A stretch of 64,000 nucleotides of DNA from an uncultured Verrucomicrobiae bacterium (GTDB taxonomy: Bacteria; Verrucomicrobiota; Verrucomicrobiia; Chthoniobacterales; UBA10450), in assembly GCA_963768965.1 (NCBI GenBank), contig CAVYJY010000008.1:39649-103648 (forward strand), read 5' to 3'. A program made the position numbers and the translations under genes. Each line of letters starts with the position of its first letter. Position 1 is the stretch's first letter. The notes under the pieces were generated by a model. The model searched no databases and was not told where the DNA came from. It was given only the letters and a program-made list of their open reading frames with translations. Shown piece by piece: positions 19,095 to 28,301 of the stretch.

Positions 19095-20048
19095 ATGAAA
19101 AAAATCGGCATTCTTTACGGCCAGGAACACAGCTTCCCACCGGCCTTCGTCGCGCGGGTCAATGAAAAGACGGGAGGCCGTGACATCATGGCCGAGCCGG
19201 TCCGGATCGATAAAGTCATCCAGGGCGAATCCGGCGGCTACGACGTCGTGATCGATCGCATTTCGCAGGACGTGCCCTTCTATCGCGCCTGGCTCAAGAA
19301 CGAAGCGCTCACCGGCTGCGCCGTCGTCAACAACCCGTTCTGGTGGAGTGCGGACGAAAAATTTTTCAACAACGCGCTCGCGACCAAGATCGGCGTCGGC
19401 GTGCCCAAAACCGTCCTCCTGCCTTCGCATTCGCTCCCGCCCGACACGAGCGACGGCTCCTTCCGCAACCTCGCCTACCCGTTGGATTGGAACGCCATTT
19501 TTGCCTACGTCGGCTGGCCTGCGTTCTTCAAACCCTTCGCCGGCGGCGGCTGGAAAAATGTCTACAAGCTGCATAATGCCGACGAATTTTTCCGGGCCTA
19601 CAGCGAGACCGGCCAGCTCGTCATGATGCTGCAGGAGGAAGTGAAATTTGATATGTATTTCCGCTGTTACTCGATCGACCAGCGGCATGTGCGCGTCATG
19701 AATTACGAGCCGCGCCATCCGTATCATCTGCGTTACCAGACCGATTGGCAGGCCCCGCGCGACATCCTCGAAAAAGTCGAGCAGGGCGTCCTCGCCCTCA
19801 ATCAATACCTCGGCTACGACCTGAACACGGTTGAGTTTGCGATCCGCGACGGCGTCCCGATGGCGATCGATTTTTGCAATCCCGCGCCCGACGCCGAGAT
19901 CGCGTCGGTCGGCCAGGCCAACTTCGACTGGGTCGTCGAAGCCGTCTCGGAAATGGCGATCCGAAAAGCAAAAGAGCACGTTCCCGGGCGCGACAACCTG
20001 AGCTGGGGCAAATTCGTCCAGACCGCAGTCCAGCGCGGCGCCTTGTAG
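19095..20048 (+). CDS. ATP-grasp fold protein (RimK/glutathione-synthetase-like ligase)
   Basis: 317 aa. Pre-ATP-grasp and ATP-grasp pattern (WPAFFKPFAGGGWKNVYKL, VMMLQEEV, NTVEFAIRDGVPMAIDFCNP). The stop TAG is the GTAG head of REPIN e. Confidence 0.7.
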   Translation: MKKIGILYGQEHSFPPAFVARVNEKTGGRDIMAEPVRIDKVIQGESGGYDVVIDRISQDVPFYRAWLKNEALTGCAVVNNPFWWSADEKFFNNALATKIGVGVPKTVLLPSHSLPPDTSDGSFRNLAYPLDWNAIFAYVGWPAFFKPFAGGGWKNVYKLHNADEFFRAYSETGQLVMMLQEEVKFDMYFRCYSIDQRHVRVMNYEPRHPYHLRYQTDWQAPRDILEKVEQGVLALNQYLGYDLNTVEFAIRDGVPMAIDFCNPAPDAEIASVGQANFDWVVEAVSEMAIRKAKEHVPGRDNLSWGKFVQTAVQRGAL

Positions 20049-20148
20049 ACGCCTCCCTCTGGGAGGCGCGGGCACCAGTTTCGCCGACGGAGATAACCGT
20101 CCCGACATCGACCCTTACCCCCGCGCTTCGCAGAGCGAAGCGTCTACA
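20044..20148. repeat. REPIN family 1, copy e
   Basis: TGTAGACGCCTCCCTCTGGGAGGCGCGGG ... CCCCGCGCTTCGCAGAGCGAAGCGTCTACA. Confidence 0.85.
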
Positions 20149-20216
20149 TGCCCGGCCCAACGTCGGCAGGAAATTTTTCGACCGCACGACAGAGTTCGGC
20201 TTAAGTTAGGCGATTC

Positions 20217-21465
20217 ATGAGCATCGAAGTAAAAATCCCGGCGGTCGGTGAATCGATCGAGAGCGGTATCGTCTCCGTCTGGCACAAGAAGTCGGGCGAA
20301 TACGTCGAGGCGGGCGAAGCGCTCCTCACCCTTGAGACCGACAAGGTTTCGACCGAGATCACGGCCGAGAAGGCCGGTGTTCTCGAGACAAAAGTCGACG
20401 AGGGCCAGGAAGTGAAAATCGGCGAAGTCGTGGCGACGATCGACGACAAGGCGAGCGCCCCGGCCAAAGAAGAAGCGAAGCCAGCCGCCGCCGCCCCTAA
20501 CGACTCCAAGCCCACGCCGGCGAAAGCCTCCGCCAAACGTTCCCCTAACGCCGAGGTTCTTTCTCCGGCGGTCAAACGCCTGACGACCGAGGAAAAGCTC
20601 GACCCCGCCGCCATCAGCGCCACCGGCAAAGGCGGCCGCCTGACGAAGGGGGACGTCCTCGCTCATCTCGAATCGAAGCCGGAATCCGCCTCCACCGACG
20701 ACCAGGAAAAGCCCCGCACTCCGAAAAAGACCGTCACTCCCGAACCGTCCGAGACTTCTGGCGAAGAGCGCTTCACGCGCAAGAAAATGTCGCCGCTCCG
20801 GCGCAAGATCGCCTCGCAAATGGTCATGTCGCAGCAGACCACCGCCACCCTCACCACCTTCAACGAGTGCGACATGAGCGAGGTCATGGCCTTCCGCAAA
20901 AAAGCGCAGGAAAAATTCCAGGCCGATCATGGAATCAAGCTCGGTTTCATGTCCTTTTTCATCAAAGCGACGGTCGAAGGGCTCAAAGCCGTCCCCGCGA
21001 TCAACAGCCGCATTGAAGGCGACGATTTCATTCTCAATCACTATCTTCGACATCGGCGTCGCCGTCGGGACCGAGCGCGGTCTCGTCGTCCCGGTCGTGC
21101 GCGAGGCGGACCAGAAAAGTTTCGCGGATCTCGAGCGCGACATCGCCGACTACGCGGCCCGGGCCCGCGACGGCAAAATCAAGATCGAAGATTTGCAGGG
21201 CGGCACCTTCACCATCTCGAATGGCGGCGTTTACGGCTCCCTCATGGGCACGCCGATCCTGAATCCGCCACAGAGCGGCATCCTCGGCATGCACGCCATC
21301 CAGGAGCGACCGATCGCAGTCAAAGGCGAAATCGTCGTTAGGCCGATGATGTATCTGGCGCTGAGCTACGATCACCGCGCCGTCGACGGCAAGGAAGCGG
21401 TCACGTTCCTGGTCAAGGTGAAGGAAGCGATCGAGAATCCGACCGCGCTCCTGCTCGATCTTTAA
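20217..21465 (+). pseudogene. sucB: Dihydrolipoyllysine-residue succinyltransferase (2-oxoglutarate dehydrogenase E2), interrupted by a 1-nt insertion
   Basis: Lipoyl domain (LETDKVSTEI), E3-binding region and catalytic domain ([29 protein letters not shown]...[10 protein letters not shown]). The frames join as ..FILNHY|[16 protein letters not shown].. if nt 21045 is removed (CAC TAT c TTC GAC). Confidence 0.85.
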
Positions 21466-21554
21466 CCGTCAATCCCTTCCCGCCCGCTTGGGATGACAAG
21501 CAGGAGCGGCGCGCTTAGATATACGCCCCTCCCGGGACCAACCCTTTTTGCATC

Positions 21555-22961
21555 ATGGATAAATTCGACGTCATCATCATCGGCTCCGGCCCGGGCGGCT
21601 ACGTTGCGGCGATTCGGTCCGCCCAGCTCGGGTTAAAGACCGCCATCGTCGAAAAAGACAGCGAACTCGGCGGCACCTGCCTCAACGTTGGCTGCATCCC
21701 GAGCAAAGCGCTCCTCGCTTCGAGCGACCACTTCTCTTTCGCGCAAAACGAAGCCGCCAAACACGGCATCGTGCTCGAAAAAGTCGGCCTCGATCTCGCG
21801 ACCATGCTCGGCCGCAAAGACAAGGTCGTAAAAACCCTCACCGGTGGCGTCCGCGCCTTGATGAAGGGGAACAAAGTCAGCGTTTTCAGCGGTCTGGGCA
21901 CCATCACCGAGCCGGGCAAGGTGCGGGTCCAGCCTAGCGAAGGCGAGCCGGTCGACGTCGCGGCCGATCACATCGTCATCGCGACCGGGAGCGTGCCGAT
22001 CAATCTCCCGAGCATGCCTTTCGACGGCGATATTATCGTCAGCAGCACCGAAGCGCTCTGCTTCGAAAAACCGCCCGAAAAATTTCTCGTCATCGGCGCG
22101 GGCGCGATCGGCCTCGAGCTCGGCTCAGTCTGGGCGCGGCTCGGGTCCGAAGTGACCGTGCTCGAATTTCTCCCGCGCATCGCGGTCGGATTTGATCTCG
22201 AAGTTTCCAACCTCCTCCAGCGCGCCCTCACCGCGCAGGGGATGAAATTCCATCTCGAAACCAAGGTCGGCTCGGTCAAGGTCACGAACGGCCGCGCCAT
22301 TGCCACCGCCAACAAGGGCGGGGAAGAACTCAATTTCGAGGCCGACAAAGTCCTCGTCTCGGTCGGTCGCCGCGCCTTTGCCGAAGGCGTTGGCGCGGAC
22401 AAAATCGGCGTCGCGCTCGACGACCGCGGCCGGATCAAGGTGGACGAAACGTTTCGCACCAACGTCGCGGGTATTTATGCGATCGGCGACGTCATTGCCG
22501 GCCCGATGCTGGCGCATAAGGCCGAAGAGGAAGGCATCGCCTGCGTCGAGTTGATCGCAGGCAAGGCCGGGCACGTGAATTACGACGTCATCCCCGGCAT
22601 TATCTACACCAACCCCGAGCTGGCCGGCGTCGGCGTCACGGAAGATTTCGCGAAAGAAAAAGGCATGAAGGTCCGCGTCGGAAAGTTCCCGTTCCGGGCC
22701 AATGGCCGCGCCCTCGCCAACGCGGACGTGGAAGGTTTAGTGAAGTTTGTTGCCGACGAGGCGACCGATCGCATTCTCGGGGCGTCAATCCTTTCCCATG
22801 CCGCCTCGGAATTAATCGCCGAAATCGTCGCGGTAATGGAATTCGGCGGCAGCAGCGAAGACCTCGGCCGCACCGTTCACGCCCACCCGACCTTGAGCGA
22901 AGCGGTCAAGGAAGCCGCCCTCGCCGTCGACAAGCACGCCATCCACATCGGCAACCGTTAG
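21555..22961 (+). CDS. lpdA: Dihydrolipoyl dehydrogenase (E3)
   Basis: 468 aa. FAD motif [13 protein letters not shown], redox-active [14 protein letters not shown]-terminal HAHPTLSE. The stop TAG lies inside a CGTTAGGC word. Confidence 0.95.
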   Translation: MDKFDVIIIGSGPGGYVAAIRSAQLGLKTAIVEKDSELGGTCLNVGCIPSKALLASSDHFSFAQNEAAKHGIVLEKVGLDLATMLGRKDKVVKTLTGGVRALMKGNKVSVFSGLGTITEPGKVRVQPSEGEPVDVAADHIVIATGSVPINLPSMPFDGDIIVSSTEALCFEKPPEKFLVIGAGAIGLELGSVWARLGSEVTVLEFLPRIAVGFDLEVSNLLQRALTAQGMKFHLETKVGSVKVTNGRAIATANKGGEELNFEADKVLVSVGRRAFAEGVGADKIGVALDDRGRIKVDETFRTNVAGIYAIGDVIAGPMLAHKAEEEGIACVELIAGKAGHVNYDVIPGIIYTNPELAGVGVTEDFAKEKGMKVRVGKFPFRANGRALANADVEGLVKFVADEATDRILGASILSHAASELIAEIVAVMEFGGSSEDLGRTVHAHPTLSEAVKEAALAVDKHAIHIGNR

Positions 22962-22978
22962 GCGTCCTTTTTGTTCTC

Positions 22979-23072
22979 TGTCATTCTGAGCGGAGCGAAG
23001 AATCTCTGACCCTCTCCGACGCGTGCCGTCTCCGGAAATAGTTAGAGATCTTTCGCTCCGCTCAAGATGACA
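22979..23072. repeat. REP family 2 hairpin element, copy 2
   Basis: TGTCATTCTGAGCGGAGCGAAGAATCTCT ... AGAGATCTTTCGCTCCGCTCAAGATGACA. Same element as 14077-14183. Confidence 0.8.
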
Positions 23073-23122
23073 GGAATGGAGGAGATGCCATCCAGTTCCG
23101 GAAGCGCCCACGAACCTAGAGT

Positions 23123-23398
23123 ATGGCGGAAGACGACAAGGAACTTTCCGGCGCGGAAGAATACATCGCGGCGGAAATTGAGCTCACCGAGCCGCTCGAT
23201 CCCGAGCAGGAAAAAAATCTGCGCGACACGTTACAAAAGCTCGATCCGCACGCGCTGGATTCGTGCGACATCAGCCCGGAGAAAATTTCCCTCTGTTACG
23301 ATCCCACCCTCACGACCAAAGAGTCTCTCCTCGCCGCGATCCAGACGGCCGGCGGGAAACTCAAGCACGTCGAGAGCGAAGGCTCGCCGCTCCTCTAG
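23123..23398 (+). CDS. Hypothetical acidic 91-aa protein
   Basis: ORF only, with GC3-rich codon usage like its neighbours. No motif recognised. Confidence 0.4.
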   Translation: MAEDDKELSGAEEYIAAEIELTEPLDPEQEKNLRDTLQKLDPHALDSCDISPEKISLCYDPTLTTKESLLAAIQTAGGKLKHVESEGSPLL

Positions 23399-24598
23399 TC
23401 AGGCCAGCCCGAGCGCCTGACGCGGGTCGCGCGCGAACTTGAATCCGCCTAACGATTCCTCCGGCGGAAAGTTTTTCGTCAAGCCAAGGAACTGGAATTT
23501 CGTGCCGAGAAATTCCGGGTGAATCAGGGTCTGGAGGGCGCGGCTTTTTTCCGCCCCGGCCGAAGCCAGCGCCGCGTGAGTCGAAAGCAGCCCGGTCAGA
23601 AAATGATGCTGGTCGGTAAAGCCCGCGACCCGCAGTCCGCAAAGTTCGGCCTGCTCGGCCAGGCTGGTCCACTCGACATGCGTCGTCAGATCGCTCTGCC
23701 CGACTCGTTCCAGGATCGAGGGCAACACCCGGTGATCGGCGTAACATTGCAGCGTCCCGGTCCGGCGACTCGGCGCATAAAACTCCTCCCGCGCCAAACC
23801 ATAATCGGCCATCAGCACCACCCCGCGCCGCAGCTTGCCCGCCAGCGCCTCGACCCAATCAAGCGCCGCGAGATTGATCTCGGTCTCGTAGCCGACCTCG
23901 GGCACGGGCGAAAGTTTGGTCAGGCGCTCCGCCAGGCGGGCGTCGGAGATCGGTCGATCGACCAAAGTGAAACCACACGAGGTCCGCTCGACCATCCGCT
24001 CGCTCCAGCGCCGCTCCTCGCCCGTGCCCGTCGCGACCAGGAGATGCACCGGCATGGCGTCGAGCAGCTCGTTGGAAAAATGGACGCCGCAAAACGGCTC
24101 CATCGCGGCGAGCGATTCGACCCATTCCGTGCGCTCGGCAAATGGCCGCAGCACTCCCTCCTGCCGCTTCCGCAAAACGGCGAACGGCTCGATAATCCGG
24201 TAACGCACCGTCGCAAAAAGATCCGGGTTCTGCTCGCGCAACCCTTCCAGGACGTCGGTCGCGAACTCCCCATGATGCGCCCCCTGCTCGACGATGACGA
24301 AATCGCCCGGGCGCCCGAGCGTTTCCCAGATCTCGGCAAATTGGCCCGCCATCAATTTCCCAAACAACGGCCCTACGCTCACGCTCGTGAAATAATCGCC
24401 CCGCCGCCCGATCGCGCACCGCCCCGAGCTGTAATAACCGTGCTCCGGATGATAGAGCGCCTGCTCCATGAACCAGCTGAACGGCACCGGACCGCGCGCG
24501 CGGATCCCCGCGCGGATTTCATGAATCAGTTCCTCGTTTCCTTCCATCGCTCCTGCACCGAGGGGACTGCTCCGGCACTCTTCACCGAACTCTTCCAC
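23399..24598 (-). CDS. SAM-dependent methyltransferase, MidA/NDUFAF7 (DUF185) family
   Basis: HPEHGYYSS...GRRGDYFTSVSVGPLFG...VEQGAHHGEF pattern. An alternative start is the ATG at 24547. Confidence 0.7.
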   Translation of the reverse strand: MEEFGEECRSSPLGAGAMEGNEELIHEIRAGIRARGPVPFSWFMEQALYHPEHGYYSSGRCAIGRRGDYFTSVSVGPLFGKLMAGQFAEIWETLGRPGDFVIVEQGAHHGEFATDVLEGLREQNPDLFATVRYRIIEPFAVLRKRQEGVLRPFAERTEWVESLAAMEPFCGVHFSNELLDAMPVHLLVATGTGEERRWSERMVERTSCGFTLVDRPISDARLAERLTKLSPVPEVGYETEINLAALDWVEALAGKLRRGVVLMADYGLAREEFYAPSRRTGTLQCYADHRVLPSILERVGQSDLTTHVEWTSLAEQAELCGLRVAGFTDQHHFLTGLLSTHAALASAGAEKSRALQTLIHPEFLGTKFQFLGLTKNFPPEESLGGFKFARDPRQALGLA

Positions 24599-24674
24599 CC
24601 CTCAAGCACTTGGCAATTTCCTCAGTTTGCCGCTAAGTTGCGCGCGATCTTCTGGGCCTTCGCCCACTTGCCGC

Positions 24675-27218
24675 ATGCCTGTTGATTATTTCACACCGAC
24701 GGAGTATTCCCGCTACCACCGCGCCTGGTACACGCGCCCGTGGATTTATCTCCCGCTCGTTCTTTTCCTCGTCGTCGTCCTCGCGAGTCTCCTTGCTTTT
24801 CTGCCCCTCGCGGCTTCGCTCAGACACCAGGCCGCCGCGCTCGATCTGACCCATCTCGAAAAGATGGAATCGGCCAGCGTCATCGTGGACCGCAATGACA
24901 AGATCTTCGGCCAGATCTACGTCGAGAATCGCGAGACCATCCCCTACGAGCAACTGCCCCAGTCCCTCGTTAACGCCATTATCGCGATTGAGGACAACAA
25001 ATTTTACCAGCACCACGGCTACGACTTGTTAGGCATCGTCCGCGCCGCGCTCAAGAATCTGGTCGCCGGCCACGTCCGCCAGGGCGCGAGCACGATCACC
25101 CAGCAGCTGGCCCGCAACAGTTTCGAGCTCAAGGGCAAAACCTTTCGCCGCAAGCTCCTCGAGATGTTCGTTGCTCGCCGGATCGAGGACAATTTCTCCA
25201 AGCAAAAAATCATGGAGCTCTACCTGAACCGGATCTATTTCGGCGGCGGACTCTACGGCGCGGAAGCGGCCGCGCGCGGCTACTTCGATAAACCGGCGCG
25301 CGAGATGACCCTCGCGGAAAGCGCCACCCTCGCCGGTCTGGTCAAGAGCCCTAACAAACTCTCGCCCTGGTCGGATCGAAACGCTTCGCGCGAGGCACGC
25401 AATTTCGTCCTGAACCGGATGCTCGAGCTCGGTTTCATCGACGACGCGCAGTCCCGCGGGGCGCAGGCGGAAGAGGTGGTCACCGGCAACCGCCAAAACG
25501 CGCGCGGACAGAACTACGCGATCGATTACATCCGCCAGCAGGTCATCGCCGCCGTCGGCTGGGACCGGGCCATGAGCGACGGCTTCCGCATCCACACCAC
25601 GATCGACGCCGGGATGCAGGCGGCGGCCGAAAAATCGCTCCGCGACCAGCTCGACGCCGCCGAGCAGGCGCCGGGCTACGAGCACCAGACCTACGCCCAG
25701 TACGTCACTCTTCTGCAGGATCGCCGCGGCAAATCGCCTAACGACAAGACAAGCGCTCCGCCGGCGCCGGAGTATCTCCAGGGCGCGGTCATCGCGCTCG
25801 ACAACCGCAGCGGCGGCATCCTCGCCCTCGTCGGCGGGCGCGATTTCGAGCACAACGAATACAATCGCGCCCTCCAGGCCCGCCGCCCGCCCGGCACTGC
25901 CATGCTCCCTTTTGTCTACGCCGCGGCTTTCGCCAAGGGACTTTTCCCCGGCTCGATGGTGGAAGATTCCGCGCTCGACAACCGCACCGTCATGATCGGC
26001 GGCACGACCGGCATCCTCGGCGAATGGGGGCCGGAGAACCCCGATAACCGCTACGAAGGCCAGATCACCGCGCGCGAGGCGCTGGCGAAATCGAAGAACG
26101 GCGCCGCCGTCCGCATCGGGACCAACGCCGGGCTGGACAACGTCACCCAGCTCGTCCACGCCGCCGGGGTGGAGAGCAAGTTGCGTCCGTACCCCGCGAC
26201 ATTTCTTGGCAGCAGCGTGATCACGCTGGCCGAGCTGGCCCGCGCCTACACCATCTTCCCTAACGAAGGCTCGCGCGCCCCCGTAGCCCATATTCTCGAC
26301 CGGATCGAGGACAAACAGGGCAACGTCGTCTGGCGCCCGGAACGCGATCGCGAGCACGCTCCCGTGATCAAACCGGAGATCGCCTATGAAGTGACCTCCT
26401 GCCTGACGGATGCGCTGAGCGAAGGCACCGGACAGGTCGCCTACGAAAAATACGGGCTGAAAAAATTTCCCGCCGCCGGCAAAACCGGTACCGCCTACGG
26501 TTTCACCGACGCCCTTTTCGCCGGCTACGATTCGGCCGTGACCTGCGCCGTCTGGGCCGGCTTCGACAAGCCGGAAAAAATTTATCGCGGCGCCTTTGGC
26601 AGTGTCATCGCGCTGCCGGTCTGGGTCGAGGTGATGAACGCCTCGCTCACCCGCTTCGAGCCCCAGCCGTTTCCGGTGCCGCCCGGCGTGCGCAAGGTCG
26701 AGATCTGTTCCGCCTCGGGTTTGCTCGCGACCGATAAATGTTACGAGGACGTGCGGAGCGCGAGCGGCGATGTCGTGAAACGCCGCACCAGTTACATCGA
26801 ACTCGCGACCGACGAGCAAATGCCGACCGACGGTTGCGATGTCCATGGCGACTCCGTTCGGACCCAGCTCGTGAAAAAATTTGAAGAAGGCCAATGGCCG
26901 CGGGCTGCGCTCGCGGTCGATACCGGCGACGTCCCGCCCGTGACGATGCAGGGCCCGACACTGCTGGCGGACGACGATCCCTACGAAGCGATTGGCTCGA
27001 CCTTTAAGCCGAAACAGGTGGTGGCGGCAGGCGGCCACACTGAGCCGGGGCTCGATCCCGACAAACCAGTGAAACGCGCCATCCCGGTCGCACCCGCGGC
27101 CGAGAACACGATCGAAGTGCGCCGGGCGCAGCCCGTGCGGCCGATCGACGATGCCAACGGCGAAACTCTGATTCAAAACGAACCGCCCGCGCCGCTCGAT
27201 TTCGGTGACGACGAATAA
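24675..27218 (+). CDS. Bifunctional penicillin-binding protein 1A (GT51 transglycosylase + transpeptidase)
   Basis: GT51 motifs IAIEDNKFYQHHGYD and RQGASTITQQLAR. Transpeptidase region containing KTGT (AAGKTGTAYG). N-terminal TM anchor. Confidence 0.9.
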   Translation: MPVDYFTPTEYSRYHRAWYTRPWIYLPLVLFLVVVLASLLAFLPLAASLRHQAAALDLTHLEKMESASVIVDRNDKIFGQIYVENRETIPYEQLPQSLVNAIIAIEDNKFYQHHGYDLLGIVRAALKNLVAGHVRQGASTITQQLARNSFELKGKTFRRKLLEMFVARRIEDNFSKQKIMELYLNRIYFGGGLYGAEAAARGYFDKPAREMTLAESATLAGLVKSPNKLSPWSDRNASREARNFVLNRMLELGFIDDAQSRGAQAEEVVTGNRQNARGQNYAIDYIRQQVIAAVGWDRAMSDGFRIHTTIDAGMQAAAEKSLRDQLDAAEQAPGYEHQTYAQYVTLLQDRRGKSPNDKTSAPPAPEYLQGAVIALDNRSGGILALVGGRDFEHNEYNRALQARRPPGTAMLPFVYAAAFAKGLFPGSMVEDSALDNRTVMIGGTTGILGEWGPENPDNRYEGQITAREALAKSKNGAAVRIGTNAGLDNVTQLVHAAGVESKLRPYPATFLGSSVITLAELARAYTIFPNEGSRAPVAHILDRIEDKQGNVVWRPERDREHAPVIKPEIAYEVTSCLTDALSEGTGQVAYEKYGLKKFPAAGKTGTAYGFTDALFAGYDSAVTCAVWAGFDKPEKIYRGAFGSVIALPVWVEVMNASLTRFEPQPFPVPPGVRKVEICSASGLLATDKCYEDVRSASGDVVKRRTSYIELATDEQMPTDGCDVHGDSVRTQLVKKFEEGQWPRAALAVDTGDVPPVTMQGPTLLADDDPYEAIGSTFKPKQVVAAGGHTEPGLDPDKPVKRAIPVAPAAENTIEVRRAQPVRPIDDANGETLIQNEPPAPLDFGDDE

Positions 27219-28215
27219 AGACGCCGGAGGCGAATTTCGGCTCACGGTCCTCAACCCCGGGGGCCGCGATCGGGCGCAGGACTTTTCGTTAGGGAGCAAT
27301 CCCCCGGACGAGGGCGAACATGCGCCGGTCAATTTTCACGGCTACGCTGCCTGCACCGGCGGTTCTTTCGAGCGCGATGTCGCGCGTGCGATCGCGGCCC
27401 GGCGACCGGTTTTGCTCCTCCTGCGCGGCGATTTCAAGGAGACGCAGCGCGCGCTTCGGCAACTGCAAAGCGAAAATCTGCCGGTTGCCGTTTCCTTCAA
27501 GGAAACCGGCCTGCACCAGATTGCGCAACAGCTGGCCGATCCCGGCCGGGCGGAGCGTTTCCGCGAGATCGTCGAGGCCGCCGATGGCTGCCTGGCCGCG
27601 ACGCCCGAGGCGCTTGTCTTCTACGGCCGCGGCGAATTCATCCCGACGCCTTACCCGGTCGACGATGCGCGCTGGGATTTTTCGCGGTCGTTAGGCGAAC
27701 GCCGGGGAATTTTTGTCGGGACCCGGGAATGGAACACGCCCTCGCGCCATCATCTCGCCGCGCTCGTCCTCGCCGCCGGTCTGGGCGAACCGATCACTAT
27801 CTTCGATGAGGAACCGAAGCGTTGCCGCAAAGTCCTCGGCGCTCTCGGAGTTCCGCCGGCTTCGATCCGGATCATGGAAAAGCGCCTCCCGTATCGCGAC
27901 TACCTCGCAGAGATGGCGCGGCACCGCATCGTCCTTCAGGCCGACAAGAGTAGCGTGCCCGGGCAGGTCGCGGGCGACGCCCTGCTCTGCCGCCTGCCTT
28001 GCATCGGCGGCGATGGCGCGATCGAGCTCCTCGTCTTTCCCGGAACCTGCGGCCAGGGGCGCTCGTTAGGGGAAATCGCGGAGTTGGCCACGCGCCTGCT
28101 GCGCGACTCCAGTTATTACGACGAGATTGTTCTCCAGTCGCAGCAATTGGCGCGGGAGCGCCTCAGCTTCGAAGTCGTGGCGTGCAAGCTGGAAGATTTC
28201 TTCGCCAAATTGTAG
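27205..28215 (+). CDS. Hypothetical protein, possibly GT-B glycosyltransferase-like
   Basis: 336-aa ORF with typical codon usage and only weak GT-B C-terminal resemblance. The stop TAG is the GTAG head of the REP-3 palindrome. Confidence 0.45.
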   Translation: MTTNKDAGGEFRLTVLNPGGRDRAQDFSLGSNPPDEGEHAPVNFHGYAACTGGSFERDVARAIAARRPVLLLLRGDFKETQRALRQLQSENLPVAVSFKETGLHQIAQQLADPGRAERFREIVEAADGCLAATPEALVFYGRGEFIPTPYPVDDARWDFSRSLGERRGIFVGTREWNTPSRHHLAALVLAAGLGEPITIFDEEPKRCRKVLGALGVPPASIRIMEKRLPYRDYLAEMARHRIVLQADKSSVPGQVAGDALLCRLPCIGGDGAIELLVFPGTCGQGRSLGEIAELATRLLRDSSYYDEIVLQSQQLARERLSFEVVACKLEDFFAKL

Positions 28216-28301
28216 GGCGCGCCATCCTGGCCGCCCCTGGGGTATGGCCTGTTCACCGGACAGACGCGAACCCCCCGGCGGCCAGGATGGCGCGCCCTAC
28301 A
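28211..28301. repeat. REP family 3 long palindrome
   Basis: TGTAGGGCGCGCCATCCTGGCCGCC (41-nt loop) GGCGGCCAGGATGGCGCGCCCTACA. The 25-nt arms are perfectly complementary, and GTAG heads sit at both ends. Confidence 0.8.

Noticed and set aside
25029-27332. 767-aa minus-strand ORF
   Set aside because: It lies exactly antisense to the PBP1A gene, which has clear GT51 and transpeptidase motifs. Its Arg/Gly/Ala-rich, low-information translation is typical of shadow ORFs in high-GC DNA.
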